From NCBI GenBank assembly GCA_044892505.1, contig CM097883.1:289540001-289604000 (forward strand): a stretch of 64,000 nt of DNA, written 5' to 3'. The position numbers and the translations under genes are program-made. Positions 1-14,353 of this stretch are shown in pieces. Position 1 is the stretch's first letter. Each line of letters opens with the position of its first letter. The DNA is from Schmidtea nova. Its lineage: Eukaryota. The notes under the pieces are model-generated. The model worked only from the letters and a program-made list of their open reading frames with translations, was not told the origin of the DNA and made no database searches.

Positions 1-536
1 TCCAATGACGGTAACTAACTCGTAATTCGTGACAATTTAAAATATTATTTAGCTTTTGCAGCTTTTAACACCCTATACTATCAACTGCTTTACTTGGTTA
101 TCGTATAATTATTAACACCTTGTAAAACTAATTATTTAGTGACTCTAACATCCATTAAATTTAGTTTATTATGTAGAATAGTTATCGTTTCAGTCAATAA
201 TGTTCATGTTGATCTATTCATCATATTTAGGAAAATTAATTAATTATTCGAAAACTATTAAATCTGATTTTGTACTAATCCCTTCACAAAACACCCAATT
301 CAAATCCTATCACCTAACCTACCCTTAAAACCCATCTATATTACAATTCATAATTATATATTTCAATTTTTTAACTGAACCCACTTTAATACAAAGTCTA
401 TATTGTCATTTAGCGATAAGATGTTTATGAAGAATTTAAACCTACCGTTCTCTGACATAACATTCAATTATTGATATTAAGGCTACCTTCATGTAAAGTT
501 TGGTAATAGCACATTTTGAAGTGTCATTCGAAAATT

Positions 537-538
<2 letters not shown>

Positions 539-596
<58 letters not shown>
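539..596. repeat. (TA)n microsatellite
   Basis: Perfect TA dinucleotide run. Confidence 0.95.
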
Positions 597-600
<4 letters not shown>

Positions 601-666
601 TTTTTTTCCACCTTTGATCTTTTTTTATTATTATTATCAATTGTGTATTGATAAAGTGTATTGATA

Positions 667-738
667 CACACTTGATAAAGGCTGTGCCGAAATATTGTGT
701 TATTGTTTATAAAAAACAAAATTTTGATCTATAGTCAT
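667..738 (+). mobile_element. TIR fragment of the CACACTTG MITE family (runs into gap)
   Basis: TA|CACACTTGATAAAGGCTGTGCCGAAATATTGTG matches the TIR at 30354 and 32983; truncated by N gap at 739. Confidence 0.75.
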
Positions 739-3380
739 NNNNNNNNNNNNNNNNNNNNNNNNNNNNNNNNNNNNNNNNNNNNNNNNNNNNNNNNNNNNNN
801 NNNNNNNNNNNNNNNNNNNNNNNNNNNNNNNNNNNNNNNNNNNNNNNNNNNNNNNNNNNNNNNNNNNNNNNNNNNNNNNNNNNNNTTATAATAAAATCAT
901 TAAAATAATAAAAATTATGATCCGAGTTAAACAAATCTTAATTTATTAAACTAAAATTCTCATGTTCCGAGTTAGAATGTCAACAATTTTATTTTGAGTT
1001 TCCATAAAAGCTTGAGCCCTGAACACGATAAAAAGAGTTTTTCAAATGCACCCGTTTGCATCTAATTACTTTGTCTCACTTCAAAACTGTGCATAAAAGA
1101 AAGAGAATGCAAATCATCGGTTTGAAATTTGAGGTTTTAATAAGGAGAAAATTCACATCTTGGGGAAAGATTTAGAGAGCCAACTGTAATATTCTATACA
1201 TTATTTAGTTTTCATTTTCAACGATGTAGAAATTATAATCCACTCAAAGAAAAGCAATTTAGTACACTGAAAAAATGCACGAACAGAATAGTCGAAATCT
1301 TTGGATAAAATTTCGTAATAATCTTTTGAAAGTCCTATGACAAAATTAATGGATCCTAAATTATCTAAATAGTGATACTTGCCGGAATATTGGGATGGCA
1401 ATGAAAAATCAAAGAAATCCCGAAATAGAAAATATAGGTATAATCGATAATTTACGTTATACGCCAAAAATCATATATAACAAATTAGATTATATATAGA
1501 AGAAATATACATACTTACTGCAGATAAGGACAAAGATGAAAATCACAGTCATAAATTACGGGCCTATGCTATAGAAAAGAAGAAAAATAAATTAGGTAAA
1601 AAACACACTTACACAACACACAAAAATATTATAATAAAAAATACAAACACAAGGACATAATTTAAGTTACGATCTTTAATTAAAGGATTTTCAAATATAA
1701 AAAAATCATGCTTTATGAAGATATTTCAGAACCTTCGTCGAAATCAACAATACCATTTATTGAAGAAAATCAAGGAGAAATGTAAATTAACAATTATATT
1801 AATAGATTTAATAAAAATTATTTTTCAAAATGCAGAAAATGAAGTTATTGTGCCTCAACCAGTCGAATCTGTAGAAGTGAAGCATCGAAAAATGTAAAAT
1901 AGATTTTAATTTTTAATTTTTACTCAAATTTTAATAGATATATAGAACATGACAAAAGTTACTAATAGAAGTAATGAAACGGTATAAAATGCTTGCCGCC
2001 ATATAGCCTCTTTCTAAACCCCAATAAAACTTTATTTAGTAAAAAAAAGGGGCTATCAGAAAAGAAGTTGTGGCAACCAAAGGATGGAATATCATTGATT
2101 ACAAAATTTGAATGGAATCAGTCAAAAGATTTGTGGAGGAAGAATAAGAAAAAAGATCTTTTAAAATTCTTTATTCAAAAATGAAATCTTGGGGGGACAT
2201 TTAAATAATCACATGTAATTTAATTGCAGAATAAAAATTATAATAACTTACCTTTTCCAGTATTTCATAAATATCTAAAAAATATATTTATAAAATAAAT
2301 AGATATTTAACTTAAAATATTAAATAATATGTATTATGTAATTAAATAATATGTAATTAATAATATGTAATAATATGTAATAATAATATGTAATTAAATT
2401 TAATAATATGTTATTAAATTAAAATATGTTTAAACAGCTTTAAAATATGATTAAAAAATATAAAAAATAATTATTACTCACCAATTGCCTATAATATGTT
2501 TCTTTGTGGCCCTTATTTACAGACTGTTGGTGTAATATAATATACACTAACAACAAATCAACTAATCGAATTTGAGATCTAAGTTCATTCAAGCGCATAC
2601 CTTAAAATACTATATAGCATTTTAACGATGTCCCATCTCTTTTAATTTTAAGGGGTACTAGAAATTTAAATACTAATAACATTAAATATTAATAAAATTT
2701 TACACTATAAATAGTCTTAAAGCAAAGTTTGAAGATCATAAAAATTCAACATATAGTTGCAGTTGCCGGTTTCTAAGGCCTCGGTGGCAATTCAAAATTT
2801 TAATATTAAAATTTTTAATAAATTTCTATAGCATAAAATGAGTAATTCATCCCAATATGACTCTTATTTAAATAAGATTTGCATAAAACTTTAAGAGGAA
2901 ATAAATAGTCCAAAAAATTATGAAAATAATAGCTGCACGGATTCAAAATCGCAATAATTAAATATCCCTGAAAAATACATGTTTTCTCTGAAATTTAGAT
3001 TCCCGAATTGAGTGTTGATCAGATTCTACATTAAAGAATAATGTTGTACGAATAAATACATAGAAAATGTTTGTGTTTTTGGGTGAAAATACATATATCA
3101 GTCAAGTGAAATGATTGATTTTGTTTTGTCTTTTATTTAATATGTAAGATTGAGTGGAATATTTATTGTTAAGACGCCACAAATTGATTTAATCGATATC
3201 AGATCCGAATTTGAGATGGATAATCTCGAAGACTGAAAATCATGCGGGAAATCTTTGAAAACCTTAACAATCTCCAAGAATGTTTGAATAGATTTTATTT
3301 TGTCTATGGCTTGTATATGTATACTTATACATAATCATGGAGTGATGTATCAAACTGTTTCCATTTTTTCATTTACGATG

Positions 3381-4271
3381 TATTGGGTTGCCTGAAAAGG
3401 CTTGAAATATAAAGTTAAAAATCACAAAACTATGTGCAAATAGATTAAGATACTAAAATTGAAAAAATAATAATAATGTGCAAACATTAATTGAAAATTT
3501 ATAAAAATTCAAAATAAAGATTGAGAGGGGGAAACTGGTATGGGAGGATGCAAAACGATGAGACGAATTCAAATATTGGTATATAAAAATAAAAAGGGTT
3601 CCCATGAAAGAAATATTTAGAAAATACAAATTAATTAAAATAATTAATTACTCTATAGGAAACCCGAGCTAATTGGAAACCCGAGCTAATGGGAAACCCG
3701 AGCTAGTAGGAGACCCGAGTGATATGGGAAACCCGGGCATCAGCAAATTGATTAATTAAAATCAATTCAAAAATTGAAGGGTGACCCGGGGAATGAAGCT
3801 GCAAACCCATTTAGCGGCAACTTCCAAATTTATTTTGTAATTGACAGATCCATTAAGGCGTGACAGGAACAATCAATGAAACACTATAAAAGGCAAGGCA
3901 AAATTGCAGTACTTGCCAGTGGACCAAAGCTAATTTCTCGAGGCCAGTGGGTCAAAGCTAATTTCTCGAGCCAAAGTGGTCGAAGATAAACAGAATTTTT
4001 AAAACTAAAAGCGATTTGGAGGAAGTGTGTAGAGAAGACTGAAGGTAAAATTCGAATTTAATCTTCTTGCGTGCCAGAGAGGGAGATATCCCATTGGGTG
4101 TTCTACCCTTACGCAGAAGAGGGGCAGAACATTAGTAACTTTCTGTGATTAAAAGTGTTGTTGTTCATTTGAAAAATAATAAAAAGTTATTGGGTTGGGT
4201 TTCACTTATTTTCGTGATTGAAAAAGAACACAGGAGTCAGATATTACCGACTACTCGTTAATAACCCAACA
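3381..4271 (+). mobile_element. Solo LTR (Ty3/gypsy-type) with 4-bp TSD GATG
   Basis: Starts TATTGGGTT (TG decayed to TA), ends TAACCCAACA; GATG on both sides (3377-3380, 4272-4275); TATAAAAG box, AATAAA, five GGARACCCGRG motif repeats; terminal motifs shared with LTRs at 13574 and 48227. Confidence 0.85.
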
Positions 4272-4384
4272 GATGTTTGATTTGGAGAAAATGTTTGATT
4301 TGGATAAATTAATAAATTCATTGATGTCAATTATTTATTTTAAAATGCCGAAGAAAATGAGTGCTTGTAGATTAAGGGCTGAAT

Positions 4385-4621
4385 AAGGGACTCAAATGGG
4401 CATTAAACCTTCTATCAGTAGCTGTTGAACCCTTTGTAATGTTCAGTCAATCATAGTTTCGATTTTTCGACGCTCACTTTTTAAGGACATCCACACATTT
4501 TTTGCATTACTAACGTTACATTGTGACGGGCAACAAGATGGTTTTGACTAATGTTTTATGTGTTGAGTTGTTGATAAGAACCACAGTAATGTCAAGGTCA
4601 AATTGACGATCAACAACCCAC
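4385..4621 (+). repeat. Solo copy of the structured ~235-bp TIR module
   Basis: Aligns by eye to copies at 44353, 49553, 53005(-) and 56780. Confidence 0.85.
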
Positions 4622-5127
4622 TATTACCAATGTTACAATGTAGCGGGCAGTAACAAGTTTAAATAATGTTTAAATAACCATCATGAGGGTGTTGAGGCTT
4701 GGAAACACTAACCATAAAAACATCATAATCTAACAACCTATACAACAACATCATTTTATTAAAGTCTTTGTTCAAATTTGTCCAAACTTTTTGCGATTTT
4801 TCCAGAAAATAAAATTTGTTAGTTTGATTATTGTGTTATTAATTAAAAAACAGTTGGAGCCATGGCTTGAATTTTAATCTTACCGAAATCTTCAACAACT
4901 TAATTTTAGTATAATTTAAAATTAATTGAAAATTTATACTTTAAAATAATTACGTTGTAAATATTAAATTTGCAAAAATAATTGTACAAATGAATAAGTT
5001 TAAAAATTATTAAATATTTAACAATTCAATATTACTTAAATATAATATTTGTTTTATATCTTTAAATAAAGAATTATTTTTTTAAATTTTGATTAGTAAA
5101 CAGCTGTATTTATAAATACTCAATAAA

Positions 5128-5324
5128 ATGTCATATGATCTAACAAATTATCCATTGCCCGCAAATTATGAGCAAAAATATGACTGGGAATCTAAAAGAT
5201 TGTAACATTTATATTCTCATGTTATTTGATGTTATGTTACATATTCAGCTTTTTCATTGACCATGCAAATAAAATCACAACATGGATTGATCCACGAATT
5301 GAGTTATATAAAAAAGATCAACAA
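5128..5324 (+). CDS. N-terminal WW-domain protein, first two exons (5128-5201, 5249-5324)
   Basis: Splicing a 47-nt GT-AG intron (5202-5248) gives MSYDLTNYPLPANYEQKYDWESKRFFFIDHANKITTWIDPR, a WW signature with the first W replaced by Y; next donor GTAAAT at 5325. Confidence 0.75.
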
Positions 5325-6486
5325 GTAAATAAATAAGGCCGATAAATTAATGAAATGATATTTAAATGTAGCAACAGTCTACGAGTGAAATTTCTCCATT
5401 AGTAGATCCTTTGTCAGCTATGAGGGTAATTATTGAATAATATATGTTAGAAATTGTCTTCAGTGTTTAATAAATTATATTTATATTGTATATTAAAATC
5501 ATAATTAAAAGAATTATGTTAAAGTGACTCAATATTATTTTATGATAAAAGTTATTAATAACTAATGTTTAATTTTTTATACAGTTATAGGCAAGTTAAT
5601 ATTCATATATTGCACTTAATAAATATTGATTAAATATAAAAGAAATTAATATTTTAAATTTAATAACTAAGCAGAAAAATGGAAAGAACGATATGTGATT
5701 AATACGGAGAAGTGGTACAAGTAAAGTTATGCAAAAAGTAAAACCTTATGTTATTCTAAATTATTTATATGCTATATTGTAGAGAAGTAAATTTTGTCTA
5801 CACATTGTAACGCCGAAAACTCAATGAGATAATTTAATTTAGGAGAAAAATGTATAATAAAAAATCATAAGTAAATAAATGTTACTAGTTTAATCACTAT
5901 CCGTTGCATAAACTATTGGATACCAACTTGAAATTATTAGCTTTCATGTAATACTGGGNNNNNNNNNNNNNNNNNNNNNNNNNNNNNNNNNNNNNNNNNN
6001 NNNNNNNNNNNNNNNNNNNNNNNNNNNNNNNNNNNNNNNNNNNNNNNNNNNNNNNNNNNNNNNNNNNNNNNNNNNNNNNNNNNNNNNNNNNNNNNNNNNN
6101 NNNNNNNNNNNNNNNNNNNNNNNNNNNNNNNNNNNNNNNNNNNNNNNNNNNNNNNNNNNNNNNATTTGACCTAGAAATGGCTGGCAGATTTTTGACTCTC
6201 CGTTTTGGAGGAATTTTTGTGACAGACAAACAGCCACATGTATTTTCAATTTTATAATATAGATTGTTTTAATTGTGAAAAAAAAATTTTTTGCGTCATA
6301 CCCGTCTTATAACGCATATTTCAATAAAAATTTTACAAAAAGATTTTCACTTATATTCAAAATTACAATTTTTGAATACTACTAACTTTGATTTAAATAA
6401 GAAAACCAATATAAAACACAAATAATAATTGTCTACCTATAGAAATCGCTCATATGATGCAAGAATTTCGAATTTTAAAATTTTAA

Positions 6487-8075
6487 CTCTGCGTCTACCA
6501 AAATAAAATGCTCCTAAAAATACCGCCCGGGTCTAACGGACCCGGCTTTTTTTTAAAATTGCTGTTACATGTATTATAATGAATGTAAAAATTAAACATA
6601 ATAAATAACTTTCAAAAATTGTTTATTAATTAAAAATATAAAGAAAAAAATCAAATATTATACAAGAATTAACATTTTGTAATATAAAAAGTAAATGAAC
6701 ATCAATGAAAAAATAAAACAGGAGAAATTACTTTTTTTGTGCAAGAAATGCATAATACAATAGAATGTTCAGTACAAACATTTTTTTGCATTCGTTGCAT
6801 ATTGTCTTTGTCTTTTTATCCTTTTTCACAGGAAAAATCAAAAAACTTTTCTTTGCTGGAGGAGTTTCCAAAATACTAATACTCGTTGATGGTTTAAGTT
6901 GGTTTTGAATCCCATCTCCAAATTTGACTAATTGCTTCCCTAATTCAATTATGAAATTGCGTCGCCTTTTATATTTTGTAATGAAATTAGGATAAATTGT
7001 TTTCCATACAACGAATGAATTCATTACACTTATATCAATCATATTATAAAATATGACTAATGGTCATCTTCTCGTCATTCTTTTCACACTATAGCAGCGA
7101 GTCATCTGATCTATTGTTTCTACACCTGATTTGGTATATTAGCTAAGTATTATTTCAGGCTTTTTCTGAACATTTTTCTCATCAGTTTTATTATTTTTGT
7201 GAAATGTGCTAAGTAATGTAACAACCTTGCCCTTTTTAGGGCAGTAGGAAACAGTACAAACATCTTTTATAAAACCAAATAAACTTGAGAATACATCCTT
7301 TTTTTTGGATCTGTAAAGCAAATGGGAAACTCTGGTTTATTTTTACGCATTGTTCCTACTATTGTTAACTTTTTTGATAGCAAAAATCTTGCTAATGATA
7401 GTGATGTAAAAACATTATCGCATGTAATCTTACGACCAGAATTTTCAATTTCTTGAACTAATTTTTTTACAACATTTTCGCTTTGTTTTATTTCACGAAT
7501 CCCATATTATTTCCCAGTATATATGATCAATTCCCATGCATAAGATGTTGTACTATCACATATGGCCCAAAGTTTGATTCCATATCTACCTGGCTTTGAC
7601 GGTATATATTGTTTGAACGGACATCTGCCGCGAAATGTAACTAACTGCTCATCGACTGTCATACACCAATCAGGAATGTAAGTATATCCCAAGTACGAAT
7701 TCCATAGTTCAAAACATTCTCGTACTGGCTCTAATTTGTATTCAGATTTTCTTTCTCTTCTTCTAGTGGCATCGTCAAATCTTATAACACCCTGTATGTT
7801 TTGAAAACGAGTTCGGGGCATGATCTTGTTGAAAATATTTCTTCCATTTTCGGCACTCAAAAGTTGACGAATTTCTTCATTTTTTGATTTATACACACCT
7901 ATGAGAATTAATACTATAATAAACCTTGTTAGCTCATTTTCATCAATTTCTTTCCATGTCATGCCGAAAACTTTCTTCCCTTTATTTGTCCATTTTGTTA
8001 TGATGTTCAAAAGTGGTTCGCAAACATACAACATGAAAGCTGACTCAATTGTAGTAGCCTCGCGATAAGAATATT
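6487..8075 (-). mobile_element. piggyBac transposon, decayed transposase (PGBD4-like)
   Basis: Minus-strand ORFs 7507-8034 (TVDEQLVTFRGRCPFKQYIPSKPGRYGIK), 7139-7321 and 6728-7042 (Cys-rich tail); subterminal palindrome CCGGGTCTAACGGACCCGG; candidate TTAA at 6483-6486; 5' part replaced by mariner. Confidence 0.85.
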
Positions 8076-8128
8076 GCAGATCTTTCTTTCAAAATATTTT
8101 GATTACCAGTTCTAGCTGATTGCACTGA

Positions 8129-9169
8129 TGGAATTACGTGCCAATCAACGTATAAATCAGATGCCCCATCTCTAACGACTATAAAATACTGAATTCGAGA
8201 ATTTAAGTGTGGATGCACATCAATATTTGATGATGAAAAGCCAGGGAGACCACAATAAATATCTAATTCTGTCTATGAAAAATTACTGCAAATTGTGCAA
8301 GAAGAGTGCAGAATAACGACAAACTTGCTCTCTACTCATCTAAAAGTCAGCGTTGGAACAGTACACTCTAAACTGAAAGCTATTATTATACGAAAATTGT
8401 GTTCCACGTTCGTCCCTCGCTTACTAACTTGTGAAATGATGCAGCGTCGTTTAATCAGTTGTCAAAGTAACTTGTAAGTTTGGGAGCAGTATGGAGACAA
8501 ATTGTTGTCAAATCTGATTACGGAAGATGAAACTCCAATTAGAATGTACCTACCGGATTCCAAAAGAGAGTCTGCCGAGTGGAAGTTGCCAGGAGAGAAG
8601 CCATCATTAAAGATGAAATCAGGGACATCCCATCGAATGATCATGAAGTTATCCATTTTTTGAGATCAAAAGGGTTTATCCTTATGGACTTTGCTGAGAA
8701 AGGAACTAAAATCAATGCTGGATATTACAGTAACCTTGTTGCATCTGCTAGAGCAAAAAGACGGAAGCAACGAAATATTCCACTGTGGTTCCTGAATGAT
8801 AATGCCCTGTTCACACGACATAAATAACGAATACCACAATTGAAAACTCAGGACTTGTGCTTCTGGATAACCCACCATATAGTCCAGACCTTACACCAAG
8901 TGATTTTTGGCTTTTTAGTCATTTGAAGAAGCACATGCAAGGCAAAAATTTCGCGGAGAAAGCGGAATTGAAAGATTTTGTGGAAGAATTCTTTCAAGAA
9001 TGTACCCCAAATTTTTTTGAAAATGATTTTTTTCGATCTCGTTCATCGATGGAAAAAATGTGTTCTTGAAAATGGCGGCTATGTTGAGAAATGAGACGTA
9101 TATATGTTTGTTTAGTTTCAAAAAATGTTTCATATGGTTATCTTCTTTATTTCTTAGTTAGATCGGGTA
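8129..9169 (+). mobile_element. Mariner (DD34D) transposon, frameshifted
   Basis: Fragments KPGRP, FVPRLL (WVPREL-like), TEDET, NDNA and PPYSPDLTPSDFWLF across ORFs 8295, 8579 and 8857; right end runs into gap. Confidence 0.9.
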
Positions 9170-9594
9170 NNNNNNNNNNNNNNNNNNNNNNNNNNNNNNN
9201 NNNNNNNNNNNNNNNNNNNNNNNNNNNNNNNNNNNNNNNNNNNNNNNNNNNNNNNNNNNNNNNNNNNNNNNNNNNNNNNNNNNNNNNNNNNNNNNNNNNN
9301 NNNNNNNNNNNNNNNNNNNNNNNNNNNNNNNNNNNNNNNNNNNNNNNNNNNNNNNNNNNNNNNNNNNNNNNNNNNNNNNNAGAAATCATCACCCATAAAT
9401 AATATTATATAAATTAAAAAAACTACGACCGTTATTTGACGAGCTTTATAGGTAGTAATATATAAGTTAACATTTCGTCCTTCAAATTGTAGTTTTACTT
9501 CAATAAATGCTTCATCTGTTAATATATATATATCAATATTTTTATATTTTCTAAGATGTGTGTTTGTGATATTATTTTAGCCATTTGAACTTAA

Positions 9595-9797
9595 CCCCTT
9601 AACGCACGTTTTTTTATACGACGGCAAAAATAAATCATTTTTTATTATTGATAATTAATATATAGACCTATGTCATAAATTTAGTACACTGCCCGAGATA
9701 TAATCATTAGTGAATCTTAAACAAAACTTTATATTTCGTATACCCGAGACTCTCTCGGGCATGCACAAATTTGCCAGTAACACTTACCCGAGGGGGG
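9595..9797. mobile_element. Possible piggyBac-type MITE
   Basis: TTAA|CCCCTT ... GGGGGG|TTAA boundaries and internal palindrome CCCGAGACTCTCTCGGG; TIR match limited to terminal C/G runs. Confidence 0.4.
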
Positions 9798-10128
9798 TTA
9801 ATAATTATTTTCAATTATAGTTTCGAATACTTAATATTTTGATTTTTTATTATAAATTTAAAAAAATTAGTCTATTTCTGTATTTAAAATATTATAAAAA
9901 TAAAACCAATTTTAAAGTTACCTATTCTCGATTTTAAGTTAATCAAAATTATCCAGTGCCATTTTTGTCTGTTTTATAATAATAAAAGCACTGAAAACCC
10001 ATTCATTCACTCGTAATAAAGTATTCAACAATGTAGGGTGCGCAGATTTAAAATATTACTGCTATAATTTTGGACAATAATTGATTTTGAATTGTTTATA
10101 AATATTAATAATTATTTTATGCCATTAG

Positions 10129-10713
10129 ATTCCAACGAATGTAAGTAGAACATCTACAATGGTATCTAACACACGTGAAAAAGAAGCAAAAGAAATTCAC
10201 AAAAAATATAGTGAATTTTCAATAGCCAAAATTACCGAAATGCTAGAGAAGTTAATTGCCTATATTTCGGATTTTTTCTTCTAAACAATTGTATTTAGAA
10301 ATTGCAATAATGTTTCGCTAGTTGAAAGTGAGCTTACTCGAGAAAGGAAATCAAAAATTCAAAAAGAACAGGCTGATAAACAAAAACTGAAACAGGATGA
10401 AGAAGCTGCAAAAAAATTACAAGAGGAAAATGAAAAACGAATTAAAGAAGAAGTAGAAAAGCAAGTAAAAGAAGAATACGAAAAACGACTTAAAGAAGAA
10501 ACTGACAAGCGACATGTAGAAGAATTTGAAAATCGTTTTAAAAGCGAAAGTTCAATTAAACAAACTACAGAATTCGATGATAAAAGTAAAACAAAAGAAG
10601 ATCAAAATAAAAGTGATGACATAAATAAAAATAAAAACATTGAATTTGTAACTGGCGTGTCAAATGATCAAGATAGAGATTCAAATAGAGCAATGAATTC
10701 AGATATATCTAAG
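10129..10713 (+). CDS. Two spliced exons (10129-10250, 10299-10713) of an E/K-rich coiled-coil protein with CUE-like and MIU/UIM-like segments
   Basis: A 48-nt GT-AG intron restores an open frame (EIHKKYSEFSIAKITEMLEKNCNNVSLVESEL ... KLKQDEEAAKKLQEE); ends at AAG|GTTAGT donor. Confidence 0.6.
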
Positions 10714-10734
10714 GTTAGTTTTTATTTTTATTGA

Positions 10735-10803
<69 letters not shown>

Positions 10804-10804
10804 G

Positions 10805-11286
10805 ATTCCATCAAAACGCAAAGCTTTATTAAGAATTTTATTGTCAAATGATTCGAGCAAAATGATTCGAGCAAAATGGTTCGACATTAGAGACAATATA
10901 GCGATTTGACCAACATTGTGTGTCGACAGAACTGAAGGCTCATCGTGATGAAATAATAAAGTTTCGAAAATGGAAAGGTCACAATTAAAGTTATCCAATT
11001 TCACAAATTTGGCACAACCATCAGGTTCGGCACCTGGTTCTGCAGACGAGAATCCTTTATATCCTAACTGAAGCATCGCTGGTTCGATGTTAGATAAGTA
11101 ATATGAAATTTCAACTTCTTGGAGACAGAAAATGTCACAATTTAAATTCTCCAGATCCTTCTTAATATTTATCCATCGAATTGGCCAGTCAAGAAATCTC
11201 TGATCGCAATTTTCATGAAGAACATAACCATTAACCAAATGTCATTGAGCCAAAATATTGAGACTGGAACTCATCATTTGAAAACC
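10805..11286 (-). pseudogene. Angel/CCR4/nocturnin-family EEP deadenylase fragment
   Basis: NILAQ*...FLDWPIRW...DIFCLQEV...LGY...PDGCAKF...NVGQIAIL; in-frame TGA after ILAQ; truncated at an (AAT)n tract. Confidence 0.75.
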
Positions 11287-12221
11287 AAATTTCCCGAACA
11301 ATAGCATAGAAAACTTCATAATTCCACAAAAATCGAAACTAAATTTCACCCAATTGATTATTAAGCCAAAAAACCATTAAATTCAAAGCCCAATGTTCAA
11401 AATTTAAAGCCTTCCAATTAAGCAAAATTTGAAAGATTCCAAATCAAAACTTCATTCAATTGTTCCAAAATGATGCGATTAAACAATTCTAATTTCCAAC
11501 GAATTAAACTTTTTACTAAACTGGAATATTAAAACAAATCAATCCTTTCTACCTAAAATTCTCAATTCTAAAATTACAATCTAAAAATCAATTAAATCAA
11601 AAATCTCAAAATTACAATTAAACTCAATCAACGCGCACACGGACGCGACAAAGCCATTCGCAGCGCACACAGACGCTGATAAGACATATTTAACATGCAC
11701 ACGACAATGGTCAGTAAAAACGCGCACACAGACGCGATAAACTGAAAATATAAAAATAACCATGCAGCAAACAAACAGCCAAAGTTTGTTCAGGCAAACT
11801 TNNNNNNNNNNNNNNNNNNNNNNNNNNNNNNNNNNNNNNNNNNNNNNNNNNNNNNNNNNNNNNNNNNNNNNNNNNNNNNNNNNNNNNNNNNNNNNNNNNN
11901 NNNNNNNNNNNNNNNNNNNNNNNNNNNNNNNNNNNNNNNNNNNNNNNNNNNNNNNNNNNNNNNNNNNNNNNNNNNNNNNNNNNNNNNNNNNNNNNNNNNN
12001 NNNNNNNNNNNNNNNNNNNNNNNNNNNNNNNNNNNNNNNNNATAGTTATATTTGTTTGTATTCAATTTTGTAGTGCAAGTGGAATGGAAGTGCCCGAGAG
12101 AGTCAGCCCGATTATTGTGGGGACACTCGGGGTGTACAGTACTATGTACTGTAACCACCGAAATTCGAAAACAATAAAATAATAACAAAACGCAATAGTT
12201 AATAACAATTAAATTAATATC

Positions 12222-12259
<38 letters not shown>

Positions 12260-12894
12260 TTTTAACCGAAAATATTAAAGTTACTGATAGTAGCCTGGAT
12301 TCGACGATTCGATCGGGAAGAAATTCGGTCGGGTATCAATCTGGGATTTTTTGGATATAAATTATTTGATATAAATTTTATTCCAGTCTTTTCTATGGCA
12401 GTTTATTCGTTTCTTTAGATAATTAATTTTTTCTGTCTTGTCTTTCCAATTCCTATTTTTAATAATTTATCAAATTGTCTTCTTTTACTTATGCAAATCT
12501 TTGTTTCTTGTAATAATTTTTTATTGTCTTCAATTCCAATTTCTGTGAGCTTCTACAATTCAATTTTCTTAATTATCTTTTGTCGTTGTTTTCTTATCTC
12601 CGTTGACTATAAATTTTCTATCGATTTTTTTTAATTGTCAATATGGCTTACTATAGCTTTTGCTATAGCAAGCCAAATTTGAAAATCAAATTTAAATAAT
12701 AATAATAATAATAATAATAAAAATAAATATTATCATTCACAAGAAAAATGGGGGGCCCCCAGTGACCGCAAAGGCGCCGTCCATAACAATGACGGCGCTT
12801 ACACCAACATACGAGAATAACCATAATCGTAAGATGAATTAAACCATAAAATATGACATTCACATTATTATTATTATTATTATTATTATTCACG

Positions 12895-13573
12895 ACACAA
12901 ACACTTATAACCATAAGTACCATTGATAAAAAAGCGAGATATATAGATGATATCTTTATCACGACAAATAGCAAAAAGGAAGCGGAAGAAATAATTCGTA
13001 TTTTCAACGTGGCACACAATGACATAAAATTTGAGATTGAATACCCGAAAGAAGACAAATCACTCGAATTATTGGATCTGAGAATAAAAATCAACTCAGA
13101 CCCATCAACATATGGGTTCTACAGAAAGTCAGCTCGCAAAGAAATATTTATCCACCAAAGATCAGCACTTCCTCATCAGCAGAAGGTAAACGTCATTAGA
13201 AATGAGAGACAAAGGATAGCTAATAGAGACACAAAGGAAGAGGACAATTCAGTACAGCAAACAATATTTACTGAAGTCCTGCATCGTAATGGATACCATA
13301 ATATTAACGAGATTAACAAAGTAAAATTCAATCAGAGAAGGCAGAAAGACCCACAAAAGGAAAAAAATATTTCTACCTTTGAATTCCTTTCATCAGCGAC
13401 CGAATAAAGTTTATGATCATCAAAGAACTTAATCTCACTGGTCTTCCGATTCGTTTTGGCACAAGCCCTGGAAACACAAGAAAGGAAAATACACATAAGA
13501 TGAGAAATTGCCAAACACCAAAGAAACTATGCTTTCGCAAGAACATTGTCTATAGCATCATGTGTAATAAATG
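12895..13573 (+). mobile_element. 5'-truncated Penelope-like element, RT C-terminus to start of GIY-YIG
   Basis: RYIDDIF, F..E......L.LLDL, YRKS, SALP motifs; NIVYSIMCNKC is cut at 13573 and resumes at 32074. Confidence 0.88.
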
Positions 13574-14350
13574 TGTTGGGGTTAGTATAAAAATCAAAAA
13601 AGTAACAAGAAATATCAAAATATATAAAGTGCAAAAATTAATTAACATTTGTCAAAAATTAAAAATTAATATTTATTGGGGGAAATGGGTATGGTTGAAT
13701 GCCAAATCAAAAGACAAACCCAAAAATAATAATAAAAATTTAGTAAGGGAACCCCAGAGAAAGTTATATAGTAAAAACAAACTAATTAAAATTAATTAAT
13801 CGCTCAATGGGAAGCCCGAGGCAATGGGAAATCCGAGCGCAGAGAGACCCGAGAGATCAAAGTCGGGAGATTGCGCAGGGCAATTAGAGAAAAGCCACCC
13901 GAGCGCAATCACAATAATTTGTTATTTAAACAATCAAGCCCGAGATTGGATAATTTTTAGTTATCGATAAAACTTAATTGTTATTTGCGAAAGGTATAAA
14001 AAGCAGCACAAAGCAGAAGGAAAGGAGAAAAAGAAACTGAAGGAGAAAAACGAGCGGAGAGTTGACGAGCTGAGAGTTAAAACAGAGAGTATTAAAAATT
14101 ACTGAAAACTAACAAAAAGAGAGTTCTTGAGGAATCCAAGAGAGACAAAGCGAGGAAAATATTTTATCATAGAGAATCAAATCCGAATCCGAAAGAGAGC
14201 GCAAATTAGTCAAGAGTGTACGTAACAGAAGTTGTTATTTGTGTTGATCGCTAAATAAATTGTTCTGTGTTGGGTTCATTGATTTCGATAACTAAAGAAC
14301 ACGAGGAGTCAGGTCAGTAAACCGATCTGAAACAGAATAATAACCCAACA
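13574..14350 (+). repeat. 5' LTR of element A
   Basis: TGTTGGGGTTAG...TAATAACCCAACA; TATA box GGTATAAAAAG; AATAAA; paired with 31297-32073. Confidence 0.92.
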
Positions 14351-14353
14351 TTT

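Noticed and set aside
1000-3300. Scattered exon-like fragments on the plus strand
   Set aside because: Contain stops, no recognisable domain, and no consistent gene model.
12745-12810. Strong hairpin GCGCCGTC/GACGGCGC near the PLE
   Set aside because: Single occurrence; no ribozyme or Helitron consensus to attach it to.
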